Shown here piece after piece: positions 19,744 to 30,426 of a stretch of DNA of 64,000 bases. The translations under genes were made by a program, and so were the position numbers. The DNA is from Minisyncoccia bacterium (GTDB taxonomy: Bacteria; Patescibacteriota; Minisyncoccia; UBA6257; 2-01-FULL-56-20): positions 6,028 to 70,027 of the forward strand of contig JBEKBG010000001.1 of assembly GCA_050015515.1 (NCBI GenBank), in the 5' to 3' direction. How positions within the stretch are numbered: position 1 is the stretch's first letter; each line of letters begins with the position of its first letter. The notes under the pieces are model-generated. The model did not search any database, had not been told where the DNA came from, and saw only the letters and a program-made list of their open reading frames with translations.

Positions 19744-21264
19744 ATGGCTAAAAAATTAGGGCGATTGTATTCCGCGGCGCTGGAGGGTATTGATGCAAAA
19801 ATTATTGAGGTTGAAGCGGACATTAATATTGGGCTGCACTCGTTCAATATCGTTGGGCTTGGCGACCGCTCGCTGAACGAAGCGAAGGAACGCGTAAACT
19901 CCGCGCTGAAAAATTCCGGCATTAAACCGCCAAATCGCGAGAACCGGAAGATCACGATCAATCTTGCGCCGGCGGATATAAAAAAGACCGGCGCGCATTA
20001 CGACCTCGCAATCGCGCTTGGATATCTTCTTGCCACAAAACAGATCAGAAATTTTGAGTGCACAGATAAAATATTTTTGGGCGAGCTCGCACTTGATGGA
20101 CGGCTCCGCCCGGTGAGCGGTGCGCTGAACATCGCGGAGAAAGCTGCGCACGATGGATTTAAATATTTATTTTTACCACAGGAGAATGCAAATGAGGCGG
20201 CGGTGATCGAAGGGATCAAAGTGGTCGCCGTACAAGATCTTCGTGAAACGATCGCCATTCTTGAAGGAAGGACAAACCGAGAACCGACACAATTTAGTGA
20301 GGGAGCGGAACGGCACCTTGGGAATATCGCTGACTTTTCGGAGATCAGAGGACAAGAGAATGCGAAGCGCGCATTTACGATCGCTGCAGCGGGGCAACAT
20401 AATATCCTGCTCTTTGGGCCGCCGGGCGTCGGGAAAACATTTCTCTCCCACGCACTCGCGGGTATCATGCCACGCCTTACGATGCCGGAGGCGATTGAGA
20501 CCACAAAAATATGGAGTGCCGCAGGGCTCAGCCCCGGCGGCCTTATTCGCGAACGACCGTTCCGCGCGCCGCACCATACGGCGTCCATCACGGCGCTTGT
20601 TGGCGGGGGACCGGACCCGCGCCCGGGAGAGATCAGCCTCGCGCATCGGGGGATACTTTTTCTTGATGAGCTTCCCGAGTTTCAAAGAAATGCGCTTGAG
20701 GCATTACGCCAGCCGCTCGAATCCGGCGTGGTGCATCTTGCGCGAATAAAACAAAGCGTCACATTCCCCGCAAAGTTTATCCTTGTTGCAGCGATGAATC
20801 CATGCCCGTGCGGATTTTATGGTGACGCGGAACGGGAATGTAAATGTTCCGCGTATGAAATAATAAAATATCAGAAGAAAATCTCCGGGCCGTTGCTCGA
20901 CCGTATCGATCTACAGGTGAAAGTGGGTCGCGTGGCGATTGAGGCGTTGCAAAACAAACCAGGTGGCGAACAAGGGGAAAGCGCGGTGATACAGGAGTGT
21001 GTCGCCCGCGCGCGAATAGCGCAACGTGAGAGGTATGGAAAGCTAAATGCCGAACTCAGTTCACGTGAAGCGCAAGAATCCACAAAGATGGATCATAGCG
21101 CCCGAGCGTTTTTAGAAACCCTCAACGCCGGGCATCTTTCTCCGCGCGGATATTATCGGTTGATAAAAGTGGCCCGCACCATTGCGGACCTTGAAGAGAA
21201 GGACATGATCTCCTCCGAACACCTCGCGGAGGCGTTCAGCTATCGGCTGAAAGAAATTTTTTGA
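19744..21264 (+). CDS. comM: ComM/YifB AAA+ helicase (Mg-chelatase-like)
   Basis: ITINLAPADIKK.G..YDLAIA, GPPGVGKT, PFRAPHH, GEISLAHRG.LFLDE and NPCPCG. Confidence 0.95.
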   Translation: MAKKLGRLYSAALEGIDAKIIEVEADINIGLHSFNIVGLGDRSLNEAKERVNSALKNSGIKPPNRENRKITINLAPADIKKTGAHYDLAIALGYLLATKQIRNFECTDKIFLGELALDGRLRPVSGALNIAEKAAHDGFKYLFLPQENANEAAVIEGIKVVAVQDLRETIAILEGRTNREPTQFSEGAERHLGNIADFSEIRGQENAKRAFTIAAAGQHNILLFGPPGVGKTFLSHALAGIMPRLTMPEAIETTKIWSAAGLSPGGLIRERPFRAPHHTASITALVGGGPDPRPGEISLAHRGILFLDELPEFQRNALEALRQPLESGVVHLARIKQSVTFPAKFILVAAMNPCPCGFYGDAERECKCSAYEIIKYQKKISGPLLDRIDLQVKVGRVAIEALQNKPGGEQGESAVIQECVARARIAQRERYGKLNAELSSREAQESTKMDHSARAFLETLNAGHLSPRGYYRLIKVARTIADLEEKDMISSEHLAEAFSYRLKEIF

Positions 21265-21288
21265 CCGGCGCGGCTTATTCCTTGGCGC

Positions 21289-21792
21289 CTATCCCTCGAA
21301 AAGGGCGGCGTCGTTCCGGCTTGGGATGACAATGGAAATTCCGGGAACAAGCGATGAAAAATTTACCGATGGATTAAATTCGACTATAGTATTGATAGGA
21401 ACGCCGAACGCAGTCGAGATAGACGCCAAAGTATCTCCCGTGGCTACCGTATAAACGACGCTGTATGTCAACGGCTTTGTGGCGGAATTCGATGCGGCAG
21501 TGGTGGTGGTCTTAATCGCCCGCTCCGGATCTTTGAAGGCGCCTTCACCGTAGAGCACGTCCGTGTCTTCTGCCAGCTGGGTGGATTTCGCGCCGGCTTC
21601 GACGGAAGCGAGGGATGGGACGCTTTGCGGGGTAAGGGCAGCGCTATCGATCTCCGCACCTTCGGCCTGGGGGATCAGCGACGAACCGCCCTGGACCCTC
21701 CGCTCCTGGACCATCCCTGCCGGGTTCGCAACAAAAAATGAGCTCCAGAGGGCTCCGGCCAATAATCCTCCAATCGCCAAAAAAACAGCCAC
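21289..21792 (-). CDS. LysM-domain protein
   Basis: N-terminal TM and C-terminal YTVATGDTLASIS..FGVPINTIVEFNP. Confidence 0.8.
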   Translation of the reverse strand: MAVFLAIGGLLAGALWSSFFVANPAGMVQERRVQGGSSLIPQAEGAEIDSAALTPQSVPSLASVEAGAKSTQLAEDTDVLYGEGAFKDPERAIKTTTTAASNSATKPLTYSVVYTVATGDTLASISTAFGVPINTIVEFNPSVNFSSLVPGISIVIPSRNDAALFEG

Positions 21793-21857
21793 GCTTAATG
21801 GCTTATACTCCTTATTGAGTTTTTCGATAGTCGTACTAATAGATTCATCCTACCATA

Positions 21858-23750
21858 ATGACCCCCAAACCTCAACCGCCTGGCAAGTCAGAACAAGCGC
21901 CTTTAAATCTTGCCCAGGACGCGGCGGTCCATGCCCCCGGCATCCCTCTATTAATAGTGGCGGGGGCCGGAACGGGCAAAACAAAGACTCTGACCAGCCG
22001 GATTGTCCATTTAATAGAGACAGGAACACCCCCAGAGCGGATTTGCGCCATCACCTTCACTAACAAGGCGGCGAAGGAAATGGCAAGGCGGGTCGGGCGC
22101 GAGGGACCGTTTTTAGGGACTTTTCATTCTTTGGGCGCTAAAATCCTTCGGAAAGAGTGTCGCTTGACAGGCCGCTACCCGAATTTTGCCATTTTTGACG
22201 ACCACGATTCTTTCGATCTGGTCAAAAAAGCAGTCAAAGCCGTTCTCCCGCACAAAAAAGATGACGAAGATGATGGGATTTTGGCGAAGAAAAATAAGAA
22301 GGACACGCCGGTCTATTTTGCCAAGAAGATCTCCGAGTTGAAGAACCTTGGGCGGCTTTTGCCGGAAGCACGCCCGTCAGCGGACAAAGAGGCGCAAATC
22401 CGGCATGTTTTTGAAAAGTACGAAGCGGCGCTCATCCGCAACAATGCGTTCGACTTTGACGACCTCATTGAGAAAACGGTGGCGATACTAAAAACCCATC
22501 CCGAGGTATTAAAAAAATATCAGCACGCATACGACGCGATCCTCGTGGACGAATATCAGGACATCAACCCGAAGCAGTATGAACTTGTTTCGTTACTGGC
22601 GGGAGAACACCGCAACCTGAGCGTGGTAGGGGATGATGAACAAACTATTTACAGCTGGCGCTATGCGGACATAAAAACGTTTTTGAATTTTGATAAAGAA
22701 TGGAAGGGTGCGAGCGTACATTTTTTGGAAGAGAATTATCGCTCGACCGGCATCATCATCCGCGCGGCGGCGGCGGTCACAAAACACAACCGTTTCCGCA
22801 CGCCGAAAAATCTGTGGACAAAGAATCCCGATGGCGATCCGATCGTACTCTTTGAGGCATGGGGCGAGAACGAAGAAGCGGAATGGATCGCACAACAAAT
22901 TTATTCTTTACGGGCGCGCGACAAGAATGCGGATATCGGCATTTTGTACCGGACGAACGCGCAGTCGCGCGCGATCGAACAGGCGCTCATCCGCAACAAT
23001 ATTCCGTACCGCATTTTTGGCGGGTTGAAATTTTATGAGCGGCGCGAGATCAAAGATGCGGTGTCGGCGTTGCGCTATATTTCGAACGCGAAGGATGAGC
23101 CTGCGCGCGAGCGACTGGAAAAAAATCTGACCAAGCGACGTTTCGCGGAATTTAAAAATAAAGTTGCGGAGCTGCAGGACCCGGCAAAACTTTCCGCAGT
23201 TGCCGCGGGGACGGTCGCGCCGCTCGCCGCGTTGAAATTGTTCTTGGAAACGTTCGGTTATTTTGATTATCTTGAGTCGAACTTTGCGAACGCCGATGAA
23301 CGTGAGGAGAACATCGCGGAGTTGATCACGTTTGCAACGGATTTCCAAAGCCTGGATGAGCTGCTTGAACGTTTAAGCCTCTTGCAGGCCGCCGACGAGA
23401 TAGGAAACAAGCCTGCCGACGGGCGAGAGGTCAACTTAATGACCATCCACCTGGCCAAGGGACTCGAGTTTGACTCGGTATTCATTGCCGGCGTGGCCGA
23501 AGGGCTCCTGCCGCACGGCCGGTCGCAGGGCGACGAAAATGCACTCGAAGAAGAGCGCCGCCTGATGTATGTGGCCATGACGCGCGCACGAAAAAATCTC
23601 TATCTGAGTTTCTATGGAATCCCTTCGCGGTTCGTGAATGAGATCCCGGAAGATTGCATCGTGCTCGCGGACGGCGCGGCGGCGAGAGGAGCCAGCGATT
23701 ACGATGGCGGCGAACACGATGAGTACGAACATTTTGTTTCGCTCGACTAA
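21858..23750 (+). CDS. pcrA: UvrD/PcrA helicase
   Basis: AGAGTGKT, TFTNKAA, VDEYQD, KGLEF and EERRLMYVAMTRA. Confidence 0.95.
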   Translation: MTPKPQPPGKSEQAPLNLAQDAAVHAPGIPLLIVAGAGTGKTKTLTSRIVHLIETGTPPERICAITFTNKAAKEMARRVGREGPFLGTFHSLGAKILRKECRLTGRYPNFAIFDDHDSFDLVKKAVKAVLPHKKDDEDDGILAKKNKKDTPVYFAKKISELKNLGRLLPEARPSADKEAQIRHVFEKYEAALIRNNAFDFDDLIEKTVAILKTHPEVLKKYQHAYDAILVDEYQDINPKQYELVSLLAGEHRNLSVVGDDEQTIYSWRYADIKTFLNFDKEWKGASVHFLEENYRSTGIIIRAAAAVTKHNRFRTPKNLWTKNPDGDPIVLFEAWGENEEAEWIAQQIYSLRARDKNADIGILYRTNAQSRAIEQALIRNNIPYRIFGGLKFYERREIKDAVSALRYISNAKDEPARERLEKNLTKRRFAEFKNKVAELQDPAKLSAVAAGTVAPLAALKLFLETFGYFDYLESNFANADEREENIAELITFATDFQSLDELLERLSLLQAADEIGNKPADGREVNLMTIHLAKGLEFDSVFIAGVAEGLLPHGRSQGDENALEEERRLMYVAMTRARKNLYLSFYGIPSRFVNEIPEDCIVLADGAAARGASDYDGGEHDEYEHFVSLD

Positions 23751-23768
23751 TAGCACACTATAATTTTT

Positions 23769-24539
23769 ATGCAAAAATTTGGTCAACATTTTTTAAAGAA
23801 CGCGATGGTCTTGGAAAAGATCGTGGACGCGCTCGCACTCGCGGACGGCGATTGCGTGATAGAGATCGGCCCGGGGCACGGCGAGCTCACCGCGCCGCTT
23901 ACACGCGCGGCGCGCGGAAAACGCTGCGAAATCTTTTGCATCGAAAAAGATCACGCGCTGGTCGGCGGGTTGGGACAATTCGCCGCGCGCGTGACCATCA
24001 TAGAAGGCGATGTATTAAAATTATTACCGGATATGGTAGCAACAAAAATCGTTGGCAACATCCCATACTACATCACCGGAAAATTATTACGCACCATTGG
24101 CGGACTCGAGCACAAACCGGAGCGTACGGTGCTGCTCATCCAAAAAGAGGTGGCGGAGCGGATCTGCGCCGCGCCGCCGGATATGAACCGGCTCGCGGCG
24201 AGCGTGCAGTTTTGGGCGGATGCAAAAATTGTCGCGCACGTGCCGCGCAGCGATTTTTCTCCGGCGCCGGACGTGGATTCGGCGGTGATCGTGCTCAACG
24301 CCGATCATCACGCCGCGCGCGATCTCGATCCGACACTCTATTATAGAGCGGTGCGCGCCATTTTTGCCCAACCCCGGAAAACGCTATTGAATAATCTCTT
24401 CGCGGCGGCAGGAAAAACCGTCAAAAAAAACGATGTCGGCGCGCGGATCGAAAAAATCGGCATCAATCCCGGCTCGCGGCCGCAAGACCTTAGCATCGAT
24501 CAAATCGTTTCCATCGCACATATGGGTTTATGGGGATAA
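23769..24539 (+). CDS. rsmA: 16S rRNA dimethyladenosine transferase
   Basis: GQHFL, EIGPGHG and GNIPYYIT. Confidence 0.95.
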   Translation: MQKFGQHFLKNAMVLEKIVDALALADGDCVIEIGPGHGELTAPLTRAARGKRCEIFCIEKDHALVGGLGQFAARVTIIEGDVLKLLPDMVATKIVGNIPYYITGKLLRTIGGLEHKPERTVLLIQKEVAERICAAPPDMNRLAASVQFWADAKIVAHVPRSDFSPAPDVDSAVIVLNADHHAARDLDPTLYYRAVRAIFAQPRKTLLNNLFAAAGKTVKKNDVGARIEKIGINPGSRPQDLSIDQIVSIAHMGLWG

Positions 24540-24592
24540 CTGGGGATAACCCTTGTAGCACGCATTTTCTTTTGGCGCTATAATCTATATTA

Positions 24593-26842
24593 ATGATAGA
24601 TGTCAAGAAGCTGATTACGGGTTTTTTGATCTTGGCTGTCGCTGCGGTCTGTTCTGGGCTGATATTTTCGCTCGCGAACTTTTCATCGCCCGCGACAACC
24701 AATGCCGCCAGCGGAATAGCGATTGGCGCGGGCACCGCAGCCGCAGATAACGCCAACGCGTTCCTGCCCACCGAGGAACAGGTGCAGGAAACCGCCGCCG
24801 CGCTTGCGCCGGAACTCGCATCATCAACAATGCTCGTCAGCTCCACCGACCCGACCAACCTTACCGACGACCTCGCGGCAGAATTTGTGAACGGCGTCGT
24901 TGCCGCGAACCCCAACGGAGCGACCGGCACCGATACCGACGGCAATCCCACCTTCACCTCTCCCGATGTGAACGCGATCGCGGCGAACATCGCCGACAGT
25001 ACCACCACGCAGGCGCTGCAAATTCCTAACTGGGACACCGAGGTCGCGGCAATTCCCGTGACCGTCGTCGCCACCACGAGTGCGACAGCTCTTACCAACT
25101 ACGGCGATGCGGTCAATGGCATTTTAAACAGCCATCTTAACGCGCAAGTGCAAAGCATCGCGAGCGACCAAACCGATGGCGCAACCGCGAGCGAATTAAC
25201 GTATGTGCAGTCGCAGGTGCAAAGCGCGCTTCAAGATACTGCCTCACTAAAAACTCCTGCGCCTGCCGAGGCATATCAGAAAAGTTTATTAGCCAACCTC
25301 GTTTATGAAAAGAACATGATCCAGTTATATACCCTCGCCCAGACCGACCCGGTAAAAGCATCCCTGATCTTCAGTCAAGAAGATACAAAGTTTTCTGCCG
25401 TCCAACAAAATTTTGCGAACCAGGCGCAGGAGCTCACCAGTAATTACCTTTCTCTCGAGCAGGTTCCTCAAAAACCACAAAATGGAATATTACTCTCTTT
25501 TATTAACAATACATTCGGCGTTCCCGAAGCCCACGCACTTTTGCCAGTGTTCGACCCCGCGACGTGGGCCCTGATCATATCGAATGAATGGACAACTATT
25601 CAAACCCAGCTTGAAGGAATCCTTAAAAACATGCTCCTCCAAATCCTCAAGAACGTCCTCATCGCAATTATTCAGCAGAAAGTGCTGGCGTGGGTGCAGG
25701 GGAGCGGGGCGCCGCGATTTATCACCAACTGGGGAACGACGCTCATAAATGTGGCGCAGACAAATGCGCTGAACGCGCTTAATAAAGACATGACGTGCGG
25801 CGCATACTCCGCTTTTGTTCCACAGATCAACATTACCTTAAAAGCTTTTTATTCCCCTAGCGCCAATAATTGCGCAAATCAATTTCAGGCGGCGCTCGGC
25901 GCAAACACCTTCCAACAATTCTATAATAATTTTTCGAATGGGGGATTTGTTGCGTTTGGCGCAAGCACCCTTCCGAGCGGCAACCCTTATGGAGCGCAAT
26001 TTTTTGAAGCTCAGAAAACTGATATCTCTTATCACAATCAGCAGGCAGCCACCGCACTGCAAACACAGACCTCACAAGGATTCAAAGGTGACGCGGTATG
26101 TACCGACGGGAGCAATCCTAACGGAAACAGCACCGTATGCGAAAACCCCAATGGCACATACGATCCGCCCAATATAACCGGGGGAGCATGCCCTGCGGGC
26201 GACAAATCAACCACCGTCTCAAATGGCGGCCTATGCGAGGACGGCACACAACCAATCGTGCAAACGCCTGCGGCGGTCACCGGATTTACCGTTCAAACCA
26301 CGGCAGGTGGCAACGCGACCGTCGCCCAGGTCACCGCAGCGACCGATATCGTCGGCATTCTCAATTCTGTCATGAGTTCCATTGTGATGGGTCTGGCAAA
26401 CGCCGCAGTGAACGCGGCGGGGAAATTGGTGAATCAAACGCTTAGCTCTCCCTCTCTGGATTCCAATATCACCTCCGGTGCCAACCTTTCCGGCATCACT
26501 ACCTCTACTATTGCGAGCACCTCCGCCGCGATCAGCGGCACCCTTGCTTCAATCCCGCTCGCGTGCAATCCGTTGACGCAAACCATCCCGTCCGCATCGG
26601 CCAGCACGCCGACATCAACCGGACTCACGGCTACCAGCACCTCCCCGGTCTCGCTCTCCGCCGCCGGCGGTACGCTTGACGCAAACGACAATCCGCCTAC
26701 TTATAATTGGTCCGACTCCAACGGCGTCACCGGCACTGGCTCGTTCTTCTCCGACACATTCACTATCCCGGGAACGTATACCGTCACCCTCGGCGATTCG
26801 ACGGGCGATGCGCCAACAACATGCACCGTCATTCAACAATAA
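24593..26842 (+). CDS. Large secreted/surface protein of the T4SS-like locus
   Basis: N-terminal TM, Thr/Ala/Ser-rich body, Cys pairs and a C-terminal PKD-like strand pattern (FTIPGTYTVTL). Confidence 0.8.
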   Translation: MIDVKKLITGFLILAVAAVCSGLIFSLANFSSPATTNAASGIAIGAGTAAADNANAFLPTEEQVQETAAALAPELASSTMLVSSTDPTNLTDDLAAEFVNGVVAANPNGATGTDTDGNPTFTSPDVNAIAANIADSTTTQALQIPNWDTEVAAIPVTVVATTSATALTNYGDAVNGILNSHLNAQVQSIASDQTDGATASELTYVQSQVQSALQDTASLKTPAPAEAYQKSLLANLVYEKNMIQLYTLAQTDPVKASLIFSQEDTKFSAVQQNFANQAQELTSNYLSLEQVPQKPQNGILLSFINNTFGVPEAHALLPVFDPATWALIISNEWTTIQTQLEGILKNMLLQILKNVLIAIIQQKVLAWVQGSGAPRFITNWGTTLINVAQTNALNALNKDMTCGAYSAFVPQINITLKAFYSPSANNCANQFQAALGANTFQQFYNNFSNGGFVAFGASTLPSGNPYGAQFFEAQKTDISYHNQQAATALQTQTSQGFKGDAVCTDGSNPNGNSTVCENPNGTYDPPNITGGACPAGDKSTTVSNGGLCEDGTQPIVQTPAAVTGFTVQTTAGGNATVAQVTAATDIVGILNSVMSSIVMGLANAAVNAAGKLVNQTLSSPSLDSNITSGANLSGITTSTIASTSAAISGTLASIPLACNPLTQTIPSASASTPTSTGLTATSTSPVSLSAAGGTLDANDNPPTYNWSDSNGVTGTGSFFSDTFTIPGTYTVTLGDSTGDAPTTCTVIQQ

Positions 26843-26844
26843 CA

Positions 26845-29427
26845 ATGGCGCACAAGAACCACTACAAAAAAATATTCGTCGTCGTCGCGGCGCTGTTCGT
26901 GCTTTTCGCGCCGGTGGGAATAACGACGGTCGGGGGGACGCAAAATTCCACCTCTATTCCAGCGGCCGCGCCAACAACACGAGGAATCCTAATAAAATCA
27001 GCGCCGCCGTCTCCTTATTCTGCATTCCGTTTATCGTTCAATCTTAGCCTTGCGCAGGCGACTCCAACAGCGCCCACTACCGGCGCTGGGGCTGGCCAAA
27101 ATATTCCCGTCAATCCAAATTGGTACAGTTGTACCACGAATCTGGCAACGTGCGGTGTTTATTACGTAGCGCTTACCATAAATGGCGTTATGGGTCTTCT
27201 TGTTTCTCTTGGAGCTACTTTGGTTCGGTTGGGACTTCAACTTAACGATAATGTGTTTAATTCGCCCGCGGTCCAAACGGGATTTTCCGTTGCCCTTGCG
27301 ATCGCGAATCTTGGATTTGTGCTTGGCATTATTATTATCGCCATCGCTACCATTATCAGAAATCAAACCTATGGGATGAAACAGCTTCTTTGGAAGCTGG
27401 TGTTCATGGCCATCCTTGTAAATTTTGGTCTTGTTATCACTGCGCCGATCGTGGGCTTTGCGAGCAGTATGAGTAATTATTTTATCAACGCCACCAGTCC
27501 CTCTTCCGTCAGCATCGCCGGATATGAGGGATATGCCCAAACGATGATGTCCGCCTTCAACCCCCAGGCGCCGGCAGGGGCAGCTTCGGCGGGAACGGGG
27601 ACGCAAAGTTGGACTCCCGCCAGTGGATTTTGTTTAGGTCCTTGGAGCTATTTCAACAGCATCGCGGCCTGGTGCAATAAAAACAATCTACCGACACAGG
27701 ATCCTCCTGGAGTTTTTTGGCAACAGACAATGGCTATGGCTTTCGACATAGTTTTTTCTGCTCTTATCGTCTTTACCTTTTTTTGCCTCGCCATTCTCCT
27801 TCTTATCCGCTACGTTATGCTTGGCGGATTGCTCATCGTCCTTCCTCTTGCGTGGCTTACTTACATATTTCCAAAATTCGATAGTAGCTACAGTAAATGG
27901 TGGAATACTTTTATTAAATGGACATTCTTCCCGCCAATTGCACTTTTTTTCATCTATCTTGCGTTCATTACCGCCACAAATACCAATACTAGTGGAAGTG
28001 CGAGCGCCACCACTGCGGGTCAAACTTATATGACTCAAGCTGTCCAGCTTCCTTCTAACGCACAGACCGGAGTAGAAGCAGCACTGCAAACTCAAACTGG
28101 CACCACCCCGGGCCTTATTCAGTCGATGCTCGACGAAGTCCTTTTGGTAGGTCTCACTGTCATGGGGCTTATGTTCGCTCTTTCGCTTTCCGGAAAGGCG
28201 GGCTCGACGGTGGTAAATGGCGCGACGGCAGTTACTAAGGCGGCGGGAGGATATGTGGGGAAGAAAACCGGCAAAGCTGCAGCGCGAGTTTATCAAAAAG
28301 CAGGAGGGGGAGATCTTAATAAGAATATGCAACAAAGCAGAATTCCTGGCTTCTCGGCGATCGGCAGAGGTATGGCCAACTTGACCGAATCGGCAACCAA
28401 AAATCAGGTTGATGCCCAGCATAAAGCATTGGGGCTTGGCGCCATGGACGATGACCGGCTGCAAGCGGTAACCCAAGGGTTGCACGGGAAGGAAGCCCAG
28501 CTCGCGGCAGTGCAGGAATGGCAGAAGCGTGGAAAAGTGGACAAGATAGAAAGTATCGGCGGCGACAATTTCCAGACATGGCTCAAAAAGAACCAAGGGA
28601 CATTTAAAGATTATGGGCAGGGCAAGCTGCGTGGAGATGTTGATAACGCGATAATGTCGAATGAAGAGATACGGGAGATCGCAAGACAAAAAACCGCCGC
28701 AGCTCCAGCAGCGCGCGCCGCAGCTGAAGTGGTTGATGAAAAAGGGATTGTGGGCCCAGCAGGGGCAACGGTTCGCGCGAGTGATATGGTAAGCCGCGCA
28801 AATGAAGAGGCTAAGAAAGCGCAAGAGATTGTGGATCTTCGGGGAGCTGCTACGTTTATTCCTCATGGGGGAAGCATGGTCAGAGCCGGAGATCTTGTTA
28901 AAGAAGCCCAGGCGGCATCGGAATCTGCGAAGGATGCCATGGATAAAGCGCCAGATGATGCTCTTATTACTGATACGGAAGGCCGCTTAGGAGCAAAAGG
29001 AGAAAAGCAGAAAGCCGGGAAGCTTATGGAAGCCGCTTCTGAAAAATTCTGGGAAGGAAAAGACAAGGGCGATGCCGCAAAGACGCGCCCGAACGTCATA
29101 TTCGGAGATAAGCCAAGCCTCGGCTTTGATAAAGAGCAGCTTAATGAAATCGGGAAGGCGGTAGCCCATGGCGTAGTAGTGCAGGTACCTGGCGTCATGG
29201 GATCGTTAGCGGGCAAGACGGATAACTTGAAACAACTTACCATGCTTACGGAGGCCTACACGAAGAGCGTCCAAGAGGCGGAGAGGTCTAATAAGATATC
29301 AGCAACACAAGCAAAAGCGATGAACTCCGCAATTAAAAAAATGCTCGGGGGGAAACTGGCCTTCATGGGCGGATGGGAGCCAGGATCAGCCCCCACGCCA
29401 GCACCGACACCAACTCCTAAGCCTTAA
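26845..29427 (+). CDS. VirB6/TrbL-like polytopic membrane protein
   Basis: Multiple TMs, LL.RYVML..L.V.PLAWL...P..SKWW..F.KW.FFPP, a long soluble tail, and context next to PrgI/VirB4. Confidence 0.75.
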   Translation: MAHKNHYKKIFVVVAALFVLFAPVGITTVGGTQNSTSIPAAAPTTRGILIKSAPPSPYSAFRLSFNLSLAQATPTAPTTGAGAGQNIPVNPNWYSCTTNLATCGVYYVALTINGVMGLLVSLGATLVRLGLQLNDNVFNSPAVQTGFSVALAIANLGFVLGIIIIAIATIIRNQTYGMKQLLWKLVFMAILVNFGLVITAPIVGFASSMSNYFINATSPSSVSIAGYEGYAQTMMSAFNPQAPAGAASAGTGTQSWTPASGFCLGPWSYFNSIAAWCNKNNLPTQDPPGVFWQQTMAMAFDIVFSALIVFTFFCLAILLLIRYVMLGGLLIVLPLAWLTYIFPKFDSSYSKWWNTFIKWTFFPPIALFFIYLAFITATNTNTSGSASATTAGQTYMTQAVQLPSNAQTGVEAALQTQTGTTPGLIQSMLDEVLLVGLTVMGLMFALSLSGKAGSTVVNGATAVTKAAGGYVGKKTGKAAARVYQKAGGGDLNKNMQQSRIPGFSAIGRGMANLTESATKNQVDAQHKALGLGAMDDDRLQAVTQGLHGKEAQLAAVQEWQKRGKVDKIESIGGDNFQTWLKKNQGTFKDYGQGKLRGDVDNAIMSNEEIREIARQKTAAAPAARAAAEVVDEKGIVGPAGATVRASDMVSRANEEAKKAQEIVDLRGAATFIPHGGSMVRAGDLVKEAQAASESAKDAMDKAPDDALITDTEGRLGAKGEKQKAGKLMEAASEKFWEGKDKGDAAKTRPNVIFGDKPSLGFDKEQLNEIGKAVAHGVVVQVPGVMGSLAGKTDNLKQLTMLTEAYTKSVQEAERSNKISATQAKAMNSAIKKMLGGKLAFMGGWEPGSAPTPAPTPTPKP

Positions 29428-29435
29428 ACCTCAAA

Positions 29436-30398
29436 ATGATTACCGTCTCACAACAACAAGCAGGCCAACGATGGGATATTATTACCCCGTCGCTTCGTGA
29501 AGCGCTTTTTTCCGACGTGAACGCCGACTTTGTATGGAATCTCTGCCAGAGCGAACATCTTCCCGAGGACAAATCCTATCAAGTTGCCGAATTCGCAGGA
29601 TATGTGCTTCTCGGATTTTTACATCCGGAAGATCTATCGGGAGAACTGGCCTCTTCATTAAATCTGCCCACACCGCTAGCAAAAACAATAAGCGACCAGA
29701 TCAACTCGAGGGTGTTTGCGCCGCTTCGAGCCGATATTGATAAAGTTTATTCCCCATTGAGCAGATTAGGAGATATTTCAATAGGGTCTGCGCCAAAAAT
29801 TCTCCAAGACATCGACGCCTCCCCAAAACACGATATCACACTAAGTAGTATCGCTCCATCAACCCCCAAACCCACAACCCTTTCCGACATCGGCTGGTCA
29901 AAACAACCGGCGATACAGCCAATCACGAGCGCCAAGACCAGCGCTCCAATACCAACTCCTCCAGCTCCGCCAAAACCCGCCGTTGAACCGGCGCCGATGA
30001 TGCTCCATGAGGACACGGTGTTCAAATCTGCGGAAAAAAATATGAGTTTTACGCTATCCAAGCCCGGAGACGCCGTCGAGATGAATATGAATCGCGGTGC
30101 GGTGGTGGTGCCTGCGCCAGCCCGTCCGGCGGTGTTAGAGTTCGGCGGCGCGACGGCAGCGGGCACGTCTGCTCCAAAACCGCCCGCACCCACATCGAGC
30201 ACGGCGCGCGCGCCGGGCTTTGGGTCTTCGCTCGCTTCCATGTCAACCACAAACACCGGCGCACGTAATGTAAGCCAGATCGTGCCGACGACATCAGTAC
30301 AAATCCCTAAGTCACCCACTTCGCCAATGCCGCCGCAGCCGCCACAAGCATCTCCCGCACCCCAGCCCAACAAGTCGATCGTAAAAGATTTCCTTTAA
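29436..30398 (+). CDS. Proline-rich hypothetical protein of the T4SS-like locus
   Basis: Helical N-domain (GYVLLGFLHPEDL) followed by a Pro/Ser/Thr-rich tail. Confidence 0.75.
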   Translation: MITVSQQQAGQRWDIITPSLREALFSDVNADFVWNLCQSEHLPEDKSYQVAEFAGYVLLGFLHPEDLSGELASSLNLPTPLAKTISDQINSRVFAPLRADIDKVYSPLSRLGDISIGSAPKILQDIDASPKHDITLSSIAPSTPKPTTLSDIGWSKQPAIQPITSAKTSAPIPTPPAPPKPAVEPAPMMLHEDTVFKSAEKNMSFTLSKPGDAVEMNMNRGAVVVPAPARPAVLEFGGATAAGTSAPKPPAPTSSTARAPGFGSSLASMSTTNTGARNVSQIVPTTSVQIPKSPTSPMPPQPPQASPAPQPNKSIVKDFL

Positions 30399-30426
30399 TC
30401 GCGGGCTCGGTTTACAATAGTAGGTA

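Noticed and set aside
27688-28866. Long antisense ORFs (also 47390-48598, 7960-8820, 44897-45790)
   Set aside because: Shadow frames of well-supported genes on the opposite strand.
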